Shown: positions 10,037 to 19,588 of the stretch, piece by piece
Layout of the letters: the number at the start of each line of letters is the position of its first letter
How positions within the stretch are numbered: position 1 is the stretch's first letter
Source of the DNA: Candidatus Shapirobacteria bacterium
GTDB taxonomy: Bacteria > Patescibacteriota > Microgenomatia > UBA12405
NCBI GenBank assembly: GCA_022837635.1
Contig: JALHFY010000001.1
Span: 160,136-224,135 of the forward strand
Direction of reading: 5' to 3'
DNA: 64,000 nt
Position numbers and translations under genes: made by a program
Notes under the pieces: generated by a model
Databases searched by the model: none
What the model was told of the DNA's origin: nothing
Seen by the model: only the letters and a program-made list of their open reading frames with translations

Positions 10037-10558
10037 TTATTTATGTTTTTTGATAGGGGTAAAAGTGATAAAAAGTCTTTTACCAACAAGTTTGGCCTCT
10101 CCTTCGGGATTACCAACTTCAACTAAATCGTTTTTATACTTTTCGATTAGCTGATAGCCAAATTCAGGTTTTTGAATTTGACGGCCTAGGAATTTTATAC
10201 TTAATTTGACTTTATTTCCAGTAGTTAAATATTCTTTGGTCTTTTTAACTCTGGTTTCATAGTCAGCATCACCGATAAAAGGAGTCATTTGAATTTCTTT
10301 AGTGTCGCCGCCTTTGATACCTTTTTTCTCAGCTTTAGCTTTTTTAGCTTCTTGGTACTTGAATTTAGAAAATTCAATCAGTTTAACTACTGGTGGTTTG
10401 GCATTACCATTGATCTCGACTAAATCTAGACCACTTTCTTGAGCTTGATGAAAAGCTTCGTTTAAGGAAACAATACCGATTTGTTTACCATCTTCGGAAA
10501 GTAAGCGAATTTCCGGGGCAGTAATTTGCCGATTGATTTTGTAAAATTTTTGAGCCAT
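10037..10558 (-). CDS. infC: Translation initiation factor IF-3
   Basis: INRQITAPEIRL, LDLVEI, PPVVKL, KFKYQ, GNKVK. Confidence 0.96.
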   Translation of the reverse strand: MAQKFYKINRQITAPEIRLLSEDGKQIGIVSLNEAFHQAQESGLDLVEINGNAKPPVVKLIEFSKFKYQEAKKAKAEKKGIKGGDTKEIQMTPFIGDADYETRVKKTKEYLTTGNKVKLSIKFLGRQIQKPEFGYQLIEKYKNDLVEVGNPEGEAKLVGKRLFITFTPIKKHK

Positions 10559-10563
10559 GTACT

Positions 10564-12336
10564 TTATTTTATCAAAGTCAGAGACTTGCTTTCAATTTGT
10601 GCCTTGATTTGGGATAAAAATTTATCAAAATCCATAGCGCCAAGGTCTTGTTCATCACGTTGGCGAACAGAGACTTGATGGTTGTCAACTTCTCGAGCAC
10701 CGATAATGAGCATGTAGGGAATTTTTTCCAATTGAGCATCGCGAATTTTAGCTTGCATTTTTTCAGAGCGGTCATCAATTTCAACTCGAATCCCCTCCTC
10801 TAAAAGTTGAGTCTTTAATTGCTGAGCATATTCGTGTTGAGCATCAGTAATAGGAATAAGCTTAACTTGGACCGGAGCAATCCAAAGCGGGAAAGCACCG
10901 GCAAAATGCTCGATAAGGATACCAATAAATCTTTCTAGGGAGCCATAAATGACACGATGGATAACCACGGGAGTTTGCTCTTTGCCATCCTTATCGGTAT
11001 ATTTTAATTTGAAGTTTTTAGGAAGTTGGAAATCGAGCTGGACAGTGCCAGTTTGCCATTGACGACCGAGACAATCATTCATGAGAATATCCAACTTGGG
11101 ACCATAAAAAGCGCCTTCGCCTTCACCGATAAAATAGTCAAATTTATTGTCTTTAAGGATTTTTTCTAATGCTGCTTCGGCTTTGTTCCAAGTATTAACA
11201 TCACCCATAAAATCTGCAGGTCGGGTACCGAGACGAATTTTGAATTTTAATCCAAAGATGGAATAAAACAGATCGGCAATGTCCAAAATTCTTTTATATT
11301 CATCGGCAATCTGATCTTCAGTGACGAAAATATGAGCGTCGTCTTGACTGAATTCTTGAACACGTAAAAGTCCGCTCATTTGACCAGATTTTTCGTGACG
11401 ATGAAGAGTGTCACAATCGGATAGACGCAAGGGTAAATCACGATAACTGTGAATACCTTGTTTGAAAATAGTCATGGCATTGGGACAATTCATCGGTTTG
11501 AGACAGAAAATACCTTCATCACCCATATCAGCGATAAACATGTTTTCACGATAATGTTCCCAATGACCGGAGGTTTCGTAAAGAGCTTTTTTATTAAGGA
11601 GTGGAGTTCTGGTTTCCAAATAACCACGTTTACTGTGTTCTTGGCGCCAGAAATTTAAAAGCTCATTAATAATAACGGTGCCTTTGGGGAGCCAGTAAGG
11701 CATGCCGGGGGCAGTTTCGTCCAGAAAATATAAACCTAACTGTGGACCTAATTTTCGATTATCTCGTTTTTTAGCTTCTTCAATTAAATTGAGATATTCA
11801 TCCAATTCTTTTTGACTGTTAAAAGCGGTGCCATAAATGCGGGTAAGCATTTTATTTTTTTCATCACCATGCCAATAAGCACCGGCAATAGAGAGAAGCT
11901 TAAAAGCTTTGATGTCACCGGTATGGTCAAGATGTGGTCCGGCGCAAAGGTCAACAAAATTATCGCCGGTGTAATAAACAGAGATAATCTCTCCCCTATC
12001 AGTAATCGAATTAAGCCATTCCATTTTATAAGGATTATCGGCAAAGAGTTTTTTAGCTTCATCCAGAGTTAATTCTTTCCTAACTATAGGTAAATTTTTC
12101 TGGATAATTTTTTTCATCTCGGCTTCGATTTTAGGAAAATCAGCTTCAGAGATTTTGAGGTCGCCTAAAGGTTCAAAATCGAAGTAAAAGCCCTCATCAG
12201 TGGCTGGACCCATGGCCATATAAAATTTATCGATACCATAGAGATTTTGCATAGCCTCGGTGAGAACATGCTCGGCGCTATGGCGCATTTTGAAAAGTTG
12301 ATCGTCTAAATGTTTTTGAGCCTCTATTTGTGACAT
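10564..12336 (-). CDS. thrS: Threonine-tRNA ligase (no N-terminal TGS domain)
   Basis: RHSAEH, DLCAGPH, KPMNCP, GAFYGPKLD, HRVIYGSLERF; start MSQIE 6 nt after TATAAT. Confidence 0.97.
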   Translation of the reverse strand: MSQIEAQKHLDDQLFKMRHSAEHVLTEAMQNLYGIDKFYMAMGPATDEGFYFDFEPLGDLKISEADFPKIEAEMKKIIQKNLPIVRKELTLDEAKKLFADNPYKMEWLNSITDRGEIISVYYTGDNFVDLCAGPHLDHTGDIKAFKLLSIAGAYWHGDEKNKMLTRIYGTAFNSQKELDEYLNLIEEAKKRDNRKLGPQLGLYFLDETAPGMPYWLPKGTVIINELLNFWRQEHSKRGYLETRTPLLNKKALYETSGHWEHYRENMFIADMGDEGIFCLKPMNCPNAMTIFKQGIHSYRDLPLRLSDCDTLHRHEKSGQMSGLLRVQEFSQDDAHIFVTEDQIADEYKRILDIADLFYSIFGLKFKIRLGTRPADFMGDVNTWNKAEAALEKILKDNKFDYFIGEGEGAFYGPKLDILMNDCLGRQWQTGTVQLDFQLPKNFKLKYTDKDGKEQTPVVIHRVIYGSLERFIGILIEHFAGAFPLWIAPVQVKLIPITDAQHEYAQQLKTQLLEEGIRVEIDDRSEKMQAKIRDAQLEKIPYMLIIGAREVDNHQVSVRQRDEQDLGAMDFDKFLSQIKAQIESKSLTLIK

Positions 12337-12403
12337 ATAAGGATTATAGAATAAATACGGCAAAAATTCAGCCTAAAAGAATAAATTTTGTTAAGATTAA
12401 AGA

Positions 12404-13816
12404 GTGAGAAAAAAAACTTGGTGGATATTGGTTGTTATTTTATTGTTAGGGATAGGGTTGAGATTGAGAAATTGGAATTTGGGGCCGATAGATGCTCATC
12501 CAATGCGACAGACTGATGTGGAATGTGTGGCATATTTTATGGCACAAGGTGAGGCTTCCCTGCTCTACCCCAAGGCGTGTCTGATGCGACCGGTAACTAA
12601 TACTGAGGGGTATTTTTTCCTAGAGTTTCCGGTCTATGAGGCATTAATTGCTCTGGGTTATAAAATTTTTGGGGTAAAAACGGTCATATTTAGAGTTATC
12701 AATATATGTTTGTATTTGATAGCCAGTGGTGGTTTATATATTTTTGTGAAAAAAATCTGGAATGAAAAAATGGCTTTGGCGAGCGTGTTTCTATTGGCGA
12801 CGGCTCCAGGAGCAATATTTTTTATCGGACATGCTTTGCATCCGGATGTGTTGGCCGTGGCGATGATGATGGTCAGTTTGGCGATATTAAGAGTGAGGAC
12901 CAGAAGTAATTTAGGTAAATTATTGAGTGGAGTATGTTTAGGTTTAAGTGTGGCCACCAGACCTTTTGGATTGATTGTACTGCCAGTTTATATTTACTTT
13001 TTATTAAAGGATAAAAGTAAATGGTGGCAATGGTTATTAATATTGGTGCCGGGGATGGGAATTTATGGATTATGGCGGTGGTGGATCTGGAAAAGTGGAA
13101 TTAGTGCCGATTGGGAAAACTGGGTATTGTCAGGGAGGGAAAAATTTTTTGATTTGAATTATTTAAGGATTTTGATTTGGAAAAATATTTCAGGAGAGGT
13201 AGTGGGGAGGGTAATTACTATTTTGGCGGGGGTGGGATTATTGATAGTAATCATTAAAAAAGAGAAAAAAATGTGGCCGATATTATGGTGGCTTTTTGGG
13301 ATACCGATTTATTGGTACGTGGCTTTTGAGGGTAATTTAATTCATCAGTACTATGCGGATATTTATTTGGTACCGATTTTGATACTGGCTGCTTATGCTT
13401 TGGTATTTATTTGGAATAAATCAAAGATTTTAGCCTTAGTGATGGGATTATTAGTCATTTATAATGGCTATCGGACCAGTGATTATTTTTTTAAGGATGT
13501 AGTTTATCAAGTCAAATTGAAATATGCTGCGGAGATTAGGGAAAATATCGCTTCAGGTAAAAAGATAATTTATATGGTTAAAAGTGATCCGGTGACTTTG
13601 TCATTGTCTCATCGACAGGGATGGATGTTGGGAGAGTGGCCTACCGATGTGGCCCCGACAATCTGGGCTTTTATGGAAATGAAGCATACGGATTTTGATT
13701 ATATTGTGGAGCCAAAAGAAAGTATGGATATGAAAAGAGAAGACGTGGCGATTATTGAAGAGCATTTTCCATTATGGAAAGAAACGGAGAGTTTAAGAAT
13801 CTTGATAAAACCTTAA
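12404..13816 (+). CDS. GT-C membrane glycosyltransferase (ArnT/PMT-like)
   Basis: Multi-TM; HPMRQTD in the first loop, LEFPVY, HPD, HQYY. Confidence 0.75.
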   Translation: MRKKTWWILVVILLLGIGLRLRNWNLGPIDAHPMRQTDVECVAYFMAQGEASLLYPKACLMRPVTNTEGYFFLEFPVYEALIALGYKIFGVKTVIFRVINICLYLIASGGLYIFVKKIWNEKMALASVFLLATAPGAIFFIGHALHPDVLAVAMMMVSLAILRVRTRSNLGKLLSGVCLGLSVATRPFGLIVLPVYIYFLLKDKSKWWQWLLILVPGMGIYGLWRWWIWKSGISADWENWVLSGREKFFDLNYLRILIWKNISGEVVGRVITILAGVGLLIVIIKKEKKMWPILWWLFGIPIYWYVAFEGNLIHQYYADIYLVPILILAAYALVFIWNKSKILALVMGLLVIYNGYRTSDYFFKDVVYQVKLKYAAEIRENIASGKKIIYMVKSDPVTLSLSHRQGWMLGEWPTDVAPTIWAFMEMKHTDFDYIVEPKESMDMKREDVAIIEEHFPLWKETESLRILIKP

Positions 13817-13873
13817 CTTTTTATTGACTTTTATTCAGTTTTAAGGTATTTTAGGCCTAAATTAGATAGAACT

Positions 13874-14614
13874 ATGTATAGAAATATTGAATGGTTGTCA
13901 GAAGTATGGGTAGATATTCCAAAAAAGAAAGAATTGTTGAATAGAATGGATTTTATTTTTGTTTCTGGGGGAGATGTGGTTTTAGGAACCAGAAATCCAT
14001 TACCTGGTGGTGTTGAGGGTTATAGACATAATGAAACACCAGTTCACACTGCAACAGTTGATTCTTTTTGGATTTGTAAATTTAAAGTGGTAAATAAAGA
14101 TTTTGAATTTTTTTTCCCGAAACATAAGAGATCTTTGCATGCACTTTTAGACGATCATCCGGTGGTTGATGTTACTTACAATGAAGCAATGGAGTATTGT
14201 AAAAGATTAAATGAAGTAACAGGAATGGCTTTTCGTCTTCCTACTGAGCTTGAGTGGATGTATGCCGCCGCACCTTATGGTTGGGAATATCCTCACGGAC
14301 AAGATCCAGATATTAATGCTGGACATGTTTTTAATGATGGACATGAATTTGGTTGTGCCCCGGTTGGAGATAATAGATGGAGTCTTAATTATTTAGGATT
14401 AGACCAATTTGGTTATAATGTGATTGAGATGACACAAGGAACTTATGGGATACTTGGAACTAATGGATTTGACTCTGATGGAACTTATTGTATTGCCAAA
14501 GGTGGATCATGGGGTAAATGTAAGTTTTCGCCGGGAATTCATCGTCGACGTGTGTTTGATGTGATAGATCGGAATCCTCGTGTAGGGTTTAGATTGGCAC
14601 ATCCAAAAATATGA
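13874..14614 (+). CDS. Formylglycine-generating-enzyme (SUMF1/FGE-sulfatase) domain protein
   Basis: ETPVHTATV, HPVVDVTYNEA, FRLPTELEWMYAA, GGSW, GFRLA. Confidence 0.88.
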   Translation: MYRNIEWLSEVWVDIPKKKELLNRMDFIFVSGGDVVLGTRNPLPGGVEGYRHNETPVHTATVDSFWICKFKVVNKDFEFFFPKHKRSLHALLDDHPVVDVTYNEAMEYCKRLNEVTGMAFRLPTELEWMYAAAPYGWEYPHGQDPDINAGHVFNDGHEFGCAPVGDNRWSLNYLGLDQFGYNVIEMTQGTYGILGTNGFDSDGTYCIAKGGSWGKCKFSPGIHRRRVFDVIDRNPRVGFRLAHPKI

Positions 14615-15480
14615 TTAAAATTATCAAGACTGGTAATCATAGAACTATAAGGGGAGCTTTTAGTGTAGAAGGACCAACACCTTATGTACATAATCATACA
14701 ACTAAGATGACAGTTCGTTCAGCCAAATCTGGATTTAGGTTTATTATTGGAGAGGAAGAAATAAAAGTTAATGGTGCTAATACAAAATTTACCAATGGGA
14801 TACATGCTACTTATTTGACTAATAATAAAGGTCAGGATGTGAGATTGACGGAGCATATTTTATCGGCATTGTCTGGTATGGGAGCAACTGCTGCTGATAT
14901 TTATTTGGAAGGAAGTAATCAGGTTCCAGTACCTGACCGTACAGCGCAAATATTTTGCAAGGAAATTAAACGAGTGGGACTGAAGGATACTACAAAATCA
15001 TTGTTATCAGTTAAGGTGATGAAGGATATTTATTTTACTGATAATTTAGGATCATTTGTTGTTATGCGTCCAAGTGATACCACTAAGATTTCGGCATTAA
15101 TACAATTTTCTCATTTATTTGAGGATCAGTATATAAAATTAGAATTATCTCCGGAAAATTACTGGAACGAAGTAATGTGGGCGAGACCATTTATAAGAAT
15201 TGATTGTGCTACAAACGATGATTATCTGGATGCAATTAAGTTATTGAAAGCTTTTCCTAAAAAAATGGAAGATGCACCAGCAATGGTGAGAAGTAATGGT
15301 GTATGGATTACAGGCATTAAACCCTTAGAACCTGTTCGTCACAAGGTGTTGGATATTATTGGAGATTTGGCAACTTTGGGTTTTCCAATCATAGCAGATA
15401 TGAGTTTTGTTAGACCAGGACATGAATTTCATAGAAAATTAATCAAGTACTTATGGAAATTGATTAGTATGAAACAGTGA
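14611..15480 (+). CDS. LpxC-like zinc-dependent deacetylase
   Basis: TEHILSAL, VRHKVLDIIGDL and PGHEFH match LpxC EHxxxAL, RHKxLDxxGDL and SGH; ATGA overlap with the upstream gene. Confidence 0.85.
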   Translation: MIKIIKTGNHRTIRGAFSVEGPTPYVHNHTTKMTVRSAKSGFRFIIGEEEIKVNGANTKFTNGIHATYLTNNKGQDVRLTEHILSALSGMGATAADIYLEGSNQVPVPDRTAQIFCKEIKRVGLKDTTKSLLSVKVMKDIYFTDNLGSFVVMRPSDTTKISALIQFSHLFEDQYIKLELSPENYWNEVMWARPFIRIDCATNDDYLDAIKLLKAFPKKMEDAPAMVRSNGVWITGIKPLEPVRHKVLDIIGDLATLGFPIIADMSFVRPGHEFHRKLIKYLWKLISMKQ

Positions 15481-15552
15481 GTCTAAGAGGACTTGAACCT
15501 CTGACCTCTTCAATGTCAATGAAGCGCTCTAAACCAACTGAGCTATAGACTC
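15478..15552 (-). tRNA. tRNA-Val(GAC)
   Basis: Cloverleaf; anticodon arm CTTCA-TTGACAT-TGAAG; TTCAAGT T-loop. Confidence 0.95.
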
Positions 15553-15571
15553 GTGAAAGGATTATATCAAA

Positions 15572-16147
15572 TTAATTAACACTTCTTGAGGCACTGTGTT
15601 CACCGCTCATTAGATATTGTTCCCCACCCTGTTTTTTGTTGCGAGCCATAGACCAGAAATAATTTTTCTTTTTCTTTTTAGTATTAAAGGTATCTAGCCA
15701 ATTACTGGCTTCGGAGATGTTTTTACGGAAATTAATGATAAAGTTTTTAATTCTTTCCAAGAAATTAACTTGATACTCAGAGACGTCAGAGGTGCTTTCT
15801 AGAGGAATATTTTGAATATCCATATCCAGATTTTCAGTGGTAGCGACAAGTTTTTTGATTTCCAGGCGGAGAGAATCGATAGCTTCTTTAAGGTGATGTT
15901 CTTGAGCAGAAAAAAGTTGTTTTTCTTGGTTGGTGGCCAGAAACTCAGGATTCCAAGCGGGTTTTTGAGGAGTAGTTTCGGAAGGGTTGATTTCGACGGT
16001 TTGATTGAGACCTAAAATACCGCCAATCAGACCGATTTTTTGGGGAGCCGAAGCAGTTTGAGAATCTTTTAAGACCTCGTTATTATTCCACTTAAAATTT
16101 TTGGCTTGTTTAGGATCGAATTTAGTTGTGTTTTGTCCACCTGCCAT
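15572..16147 (-). CDS. Hypothetical coiled-coil protein
   Basis: 191 aa; TATAAT 6 nt before the ATG; basic KKKKKNYFW motif. Confidence 0.7.
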   Translation of the reverse strand: MAGGQNTTKFDPKQAKNFKWNNNEVLKDSQTASAPQKIGLIGGILGLNQTVEINPSETTPQKPAWNPEFLATNQEKQLFSAQEHHLKEAIDSLRLEIKKLVATTENLDMDIQNIPLESTSDVSEYQVNFLERIKNFIINFRKNISEASNWLDTFNTKKKKKNYFWSMARNKKQGGEQYLMSGEHSASRSVN

Positions 16148-16165
16148 GGGTGAATTATAGCAGAT

Positions 16166-16951
16166 TTATGCCTGTTTTAGAAATTCTAAGACTTTTTGTT
16201 GGGTGAGAAGGAAGTAGACCAAATTGGGATCTTTTTTGAGCTCGGGATTTTTAGCAAAAACTGTGTCTAATTCTTTATCACTGACAGTGAGTTTTTTGTC
16301 GATGGCAATTTGGTTAATAGCCAAATTTAAGGTCCAATCTTTTTTAATTTGAGCAGTTATATCTTCTCTGAGTTTGGTGAGAGTAGTTTTTTTGTTTTTG
16401 AGGTATTCATCAAGAGTTAATTTAACTTGTTGCAGTTCAGACACCAAACCGGAGAGACGGTGGTTTAAATCGTGAGTAATTAAAACTTGAGGTAATTCAA
16501 CTTGGGTTTTGTTGATAATCAGATCGACTAATTGATCGGTTTTATCTTTATCAATTTTTTTACTTTCAGTGTAAAGAGAAGGTGAAATTTTAACAGGAGG
16601 TAGTTCAGAACTGGTTAATTCTAAGTGCCAGTCAGTATCTAAGCTTAGTTTTTCGTTTTTAATTTTAATGGTCGGTTCAATGATAGGTCGAAGTTGATGG
16701 TCTTTGAGGGCTTGTTGATAGGCAGTGGGTAGAAGATGGTTTAAAACTTCTTCCAAAATGGCTTGGGGGGAAACATTTTTTTCTACCACATCAAGAGGAG
16801 CTTTGCCTTTACGAAAGCCTTTTTGTTCAAATTCTGCCTGAAAATGGCCTAAAACGTGTTGATATTCTTTCTTGAGCAGATTTTTGTCCAAAATGAGCTC
16901 TAAAGTGAAAGAATTGTCCTTATTTTTCTGGAGTTGGCTATTTGTATTCAT
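16166..16951 (-). CDS. tig: Trigger factor lacking the PPIase domain
   Basis: GFRKGKAP ribosome-binding motif plus a C-terminal-domain-like region; only 261 aa. Confidence 0.88.
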   Translation of the reverse strand: MNTNSQLQKNKDNSFTLELILDKNLLKKEYQHVLGHFQAEFEQKGFRKGKAPLDVVEKNVSPQAILEEVLNHLLPTAYQQALKDHQLRPIIEPTIKIKNEKLSLDTDWHLELTSSELPPVKISPSLYTESKKIDKDKTDQLVDLIINKTQVELPQVLITHDLNHRLSGLVSELQQVKLTLDEYLKNKKTTLTKLREDITAQIKKDWTLNLAINQIAIDKKLTVSDKELDTVFAKNPELKKDPNLVYFLLTQQKVLEFLKQA

Positions 16952-16985
16952 AAACTTGGCTATGATAGCATATTAAAAGATTTGC

Positions 16986-17612
16986 ATGGAAAAAAGATTT
17001 GTTAAATATGCTCGGATTTTTTTTATAAGCCTGTTAGGGGTGTTATTGTTGGTGATTGGAGTAATTGAGGCGTGGGTGTTTACTGATGGTTTTAAAGAAA
17101 AGGTTGAGGTGGGTGGTAAATTTGGCAATTTAAAGACGGTGGTGATAGGTGTTGAGGAAACATTAGAGGATAAACAAGAGGTAAAAATGAAGGGAGAGAT
17201 TGTGGCTGAGGCTGATGCTAGACCGATAATAGTGGAGAGATATCTAAAGCGTTATAGGTCTCCTTTAGCTCCTTATGCGAAAAAGATAGTAGAGTTGTCG
17301 GATAGGTATGGTTTTGATTATTATTGGATGGTGGCGATTGCTCAACAGGAATCGAATTTATGCAAAAAAGCACCAGAAGACTCGCATAATTGCTGGGGAT
17401 ATGGAATTCACAGTCAAGGGACTTTGAAATTTGAGAATTATGATTTGGCTTTGGAGTCCTATGCTCAGTACCTAAAGAGTCAATATTTTGATAAAGGCTT
17501 AAATACCGCCGAATTGATGATGCAAAAATACTGTCCTCATTCCAATGGCTCTTGGGCTAGAGGGGTGAATCAGTTTATTGGTGATATGGAGAGTGGTAAG
17601 AGAATTAATTAG
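16986..17612 (+). CDS. Membrane-anchored lysozyme-like/peptidoglycan hydrolase
   Basis: N-terminal TM; VAIAQQESNL, HNCWGYG, YCP. Confidence 0.65.
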   Translation: MEKRFVKYARIFFISLLGVLLLVIGVIEAWVFTDGFKEKVEVGGKFGNLKTVVIGVEETLEDKQEVKMKGEIVAEADARPIIVERYLKRYRSPLAPYAKKIVELSDRYGFDYYWMVAIAQQESNLCKKAPEDSHNCWGYGIHSQGTLKFENYDLALESYAQYLKSQYFDKGLNTAELMMQKYCPHSNGSWARGVNQFIGDMESGKRIN

Positions 17613-17647
17613 ATAACTAGATAATTAGATAAGTAGATAAGTAGTAG
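17610..17647 (+). repeat. Octamer tandem repeat (TAGATAAN)4
   Basis: TAGATAAC TAGATAAT TAGATAAG TAGATAAG, starting at the stop codon. Confidence 0.85.
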
Positions 17648-17651
17648 GTAC

Positions 17652-17680
17652 TTGATTTGAGCGAGTTATATTGATATACT
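17652..17680 (+). promoter_or_regulatory. Sigma70-type promoter
   Basis: TTGATT-N17-TATACT with an extended -10 TG. Confidence 0.6.
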
Positions 17681-17689
17681 ATGAGCTAG

Positions 17690-17733
17690 ATCCCTGGGTG
17701 GCTCCTCTAAAAGCATGCTCGGGGATTTTTTTT
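17690..17733 (+). terminator. Hairpin plus U8 (terminator or small RNA)
   Basis: ATCCCTGGGTG-GCT...AGC-ATGCTCGGGGAT stem with G-U pairs, then T8. Confidence 0.65.
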
Positions 17734-17773
17734 AGAATTGTTTTTTGACGGTGGGAGTTATAGAATACCCCTT

Positions 17774-18340
17774 ATGGGAATGATTAGTACAGCGCAATTT
17801 AAGAAAGGTATTTATATTTTGTTTCATGATGAACCACACATGGTGATGGATATCACCTTTGTCTCTCCAGGTAAGGGTTCGGCTTTTTATCGGACAAAAT
17901 TAAAAAATTTGTATACCGGTAGAGTTTTGGAATATACCTATAAATCGGGAGAAAAAGTAGAAGAAGTGTTGGTGGAAACTCATGAAGCGGAATATTCTTA
18001 TTTTGATGGTAGTAATTATGTTTTTATTGAACCGAGAACTTTTGAACAGTATTCGGTAGCGGCGGAGATAATTGGAGATGATAAGGTATATCTAAAAGAA
18101 GGTTTGTTGTATCGGATTAAATTTTATGAAGATCAACCAGTGGGGTTGACTTTACCAAAAACCATTGTCTGTACTGTGGTTGAGGCTGAGAATTCAGTTA
18201 AAGGTGATACTGCTACTGCGGCGATGAAAAATGCGGTTTTGGATACTGGAGCTAAGATTTTAGTACCTTTGTTTATTAAAGCGGGAGAAGAAATTTTAGT
18301 TAACACTGAAAACGGTAGCTACGTCTCACGAAAAAATTAA
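17774..18340 (+). CDS. efp: Elongation factor P
   Basis: SPGKGSAF, VKGDTA, VPLFI, GSYVSR; ATG at 17774, 7 nt after TAGAAT. Confidence 0.96.
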   Translation: MGMISTAQFKKGIYILFHDEPHMVMDITFVSPGKGSAFYRTKLKNLYTGRVLEYTYKSGEKVEEVLVETHEAEYSYFDGSNYVFIEPRTFEQYSVAAEIIGDDKVYLKEGLLYRIKFYEDQPVGLTLPKTIVCTVVEAENSVKGDTATAAMKNAVLDTGAKILVPLFIKAGEEILVNTENGSYVSRKN

Positions 18341-18699
18341 AGACCGACACTGGTATCGATTTCTGGTGGTGGTAAGTTGGGAGAGTAATTAAGTGAAGCG
18401 TCAATTTCCTTGAAATCTGCTTGAAAAATAGTGGGAATTAAAGAGTCGTTTAGAGTTTCAGAAGATATGGGTATTTCAATAGTGGGAGTAGGAGCTAAAT
18501 GATGATTGTCTGATTTTCTTTTGGAATTAACAATGAGAGCGGCTAAGGAGAGAATAAGAATGATGACAGTCAAAACAATAAGGGGAATAAATTTAGGAGG
18601 GATTTTTCTGGTGGTAGTAGATTGAGGTAAATCATTATCTACCGGTTCTAGAGGATTAGTGGTGGGGGTGTCAATATTTTGATAGATTTTTTCGTCCAT
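18337..18699 (-). CDS. Hypothetical single-pass membrane protein
   Basis: One hydrophobic segment with Pro/Thr-rich flanks. Confidence 0.65.
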   Translation of the reverse strand: MDEKIYQNIDTPTTNPLEPVDNDLPQSTTTRKIPPKFIPLIVLTVIILILSLAALIVNSKRKSDNHHLAPTPTIEIPISSETLNDSLIPTIFQADFKEIDASLNYSPNLPPPEIDTSVGL

Positions 18700-18701
18700 A
18701 T

Positions 18702-19409
18702 TTAGTAGCCTGATTTTTTAATAAGAATTGATTTTAAGTCTAAAGCGATTGATTTAAGAGCATTATCAGCATCAGTTAGATTTTTTTTAGCTTCTTCGTA
18801 GAAAGGTGAAAAACGACCTTCAAATTGACGAGTTTGAGACCAAGAGAGAGCTTCAGTGTTGGCATCAATAAAAATCTGCTCTTTTTTAAGAAAATCTTTA
18901 CTCCAATCAACATTACTCCGAGAGGCAATGTCTTTGAGTTTGAGAAGAATTTTTTGGCGGTGATTAATTTGTTGTTGAATTAAGGATTTATCAATATCCA
19001 CTTGAATGGGAATGTATTTTTTTTGAAAATCTGTGGCCCAAATTTCAAAGTCAGCAGCAGTGGTTAAGTTGTTTAAGGTGGCATTCTGAGACAGAAGCCA
19101 ATTTTCGTGAGTTAAGAGAGAGTCTTGGAGTGCGGGGGTATCATTGAGAGTGGTGCGGAGAGCCATCAAGTAAGAACGAAGCATAATGTTTTGAGAGAGG
19201 AGTGTACTTTTGGTAGCGTCGACTTTATCTTGAAGAGAAGTGGTAGTGCGGTACTGATCAAAAGAGTGTTTTTTATTAAGATACTGTTGGTAGTTTTGTT
19301 GGTAAATATCCCGTTGATGGAAATAGTCGGTACGATATTTGTCTAACAAATTATCAGAATCTTGAGCCAAGACGTTTTTAGTAAAAAAGAGAAAAAGTAG
19401 AGGCCACAT
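18702..19409 (-). CDS. Hypothetical secreted helical protein
   Basis: Signal-like start MWPLLFLFFTKNVLA at 19409; the longer ORF extension runs through tRNA-Leu. Confidence 0.7.
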   Translation of the reverse strand: MWPLLFLFFTKNVLAQDSDNLLDKYRTDYFHQRDIYQQNYQQYLNKKHSFDQYRTTTSLQDKVDATKSTLLSQNIMLRSYLMALRTTLNDTPALQDSLLTHENWLLSQNATLNNLTTAADFEIWATDFQKKYIPIQVDIDKSLIQQQINHRQKILLKLKDIASRSNVDWSKDFLKKEQIFIDANTEALSWSQTRQFEGRFSPFYEEAKKNLTDADNALKSIALDLKSILIKKSGY

Positions 19410-19432
19410 ACTAAAATAGTGTAGCAAAAAAG

Positions 19433-19514
19433 TGCCGCTGAGAGGACTCGGACCTCCACGGGTTTCCCCATACGCTCCTAAAGCGTACGTGTATACCAAT
19501 TTCACCACAGCGGC
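19433..19514 (-). tRNA. tRNA-Leu(TAG)
   Basis: TACGC-TTTAGGA-GCGTA; long variable arm; T-loop TCCGAGT. Confidence 0.95.
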
Positions 19515-19588
19515 TCAAAGCTACAGTGACTTGGGTCTATTTTATCAATAATTTGATAAAATAACGAAGCCTGTCCTTATCATTGGGT

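Noticed and set aside
12404-15552. Integrative element at tRNA-Val(GAC)
   Set aside because: No integrase and no duplicated tRNA 3' end was found.
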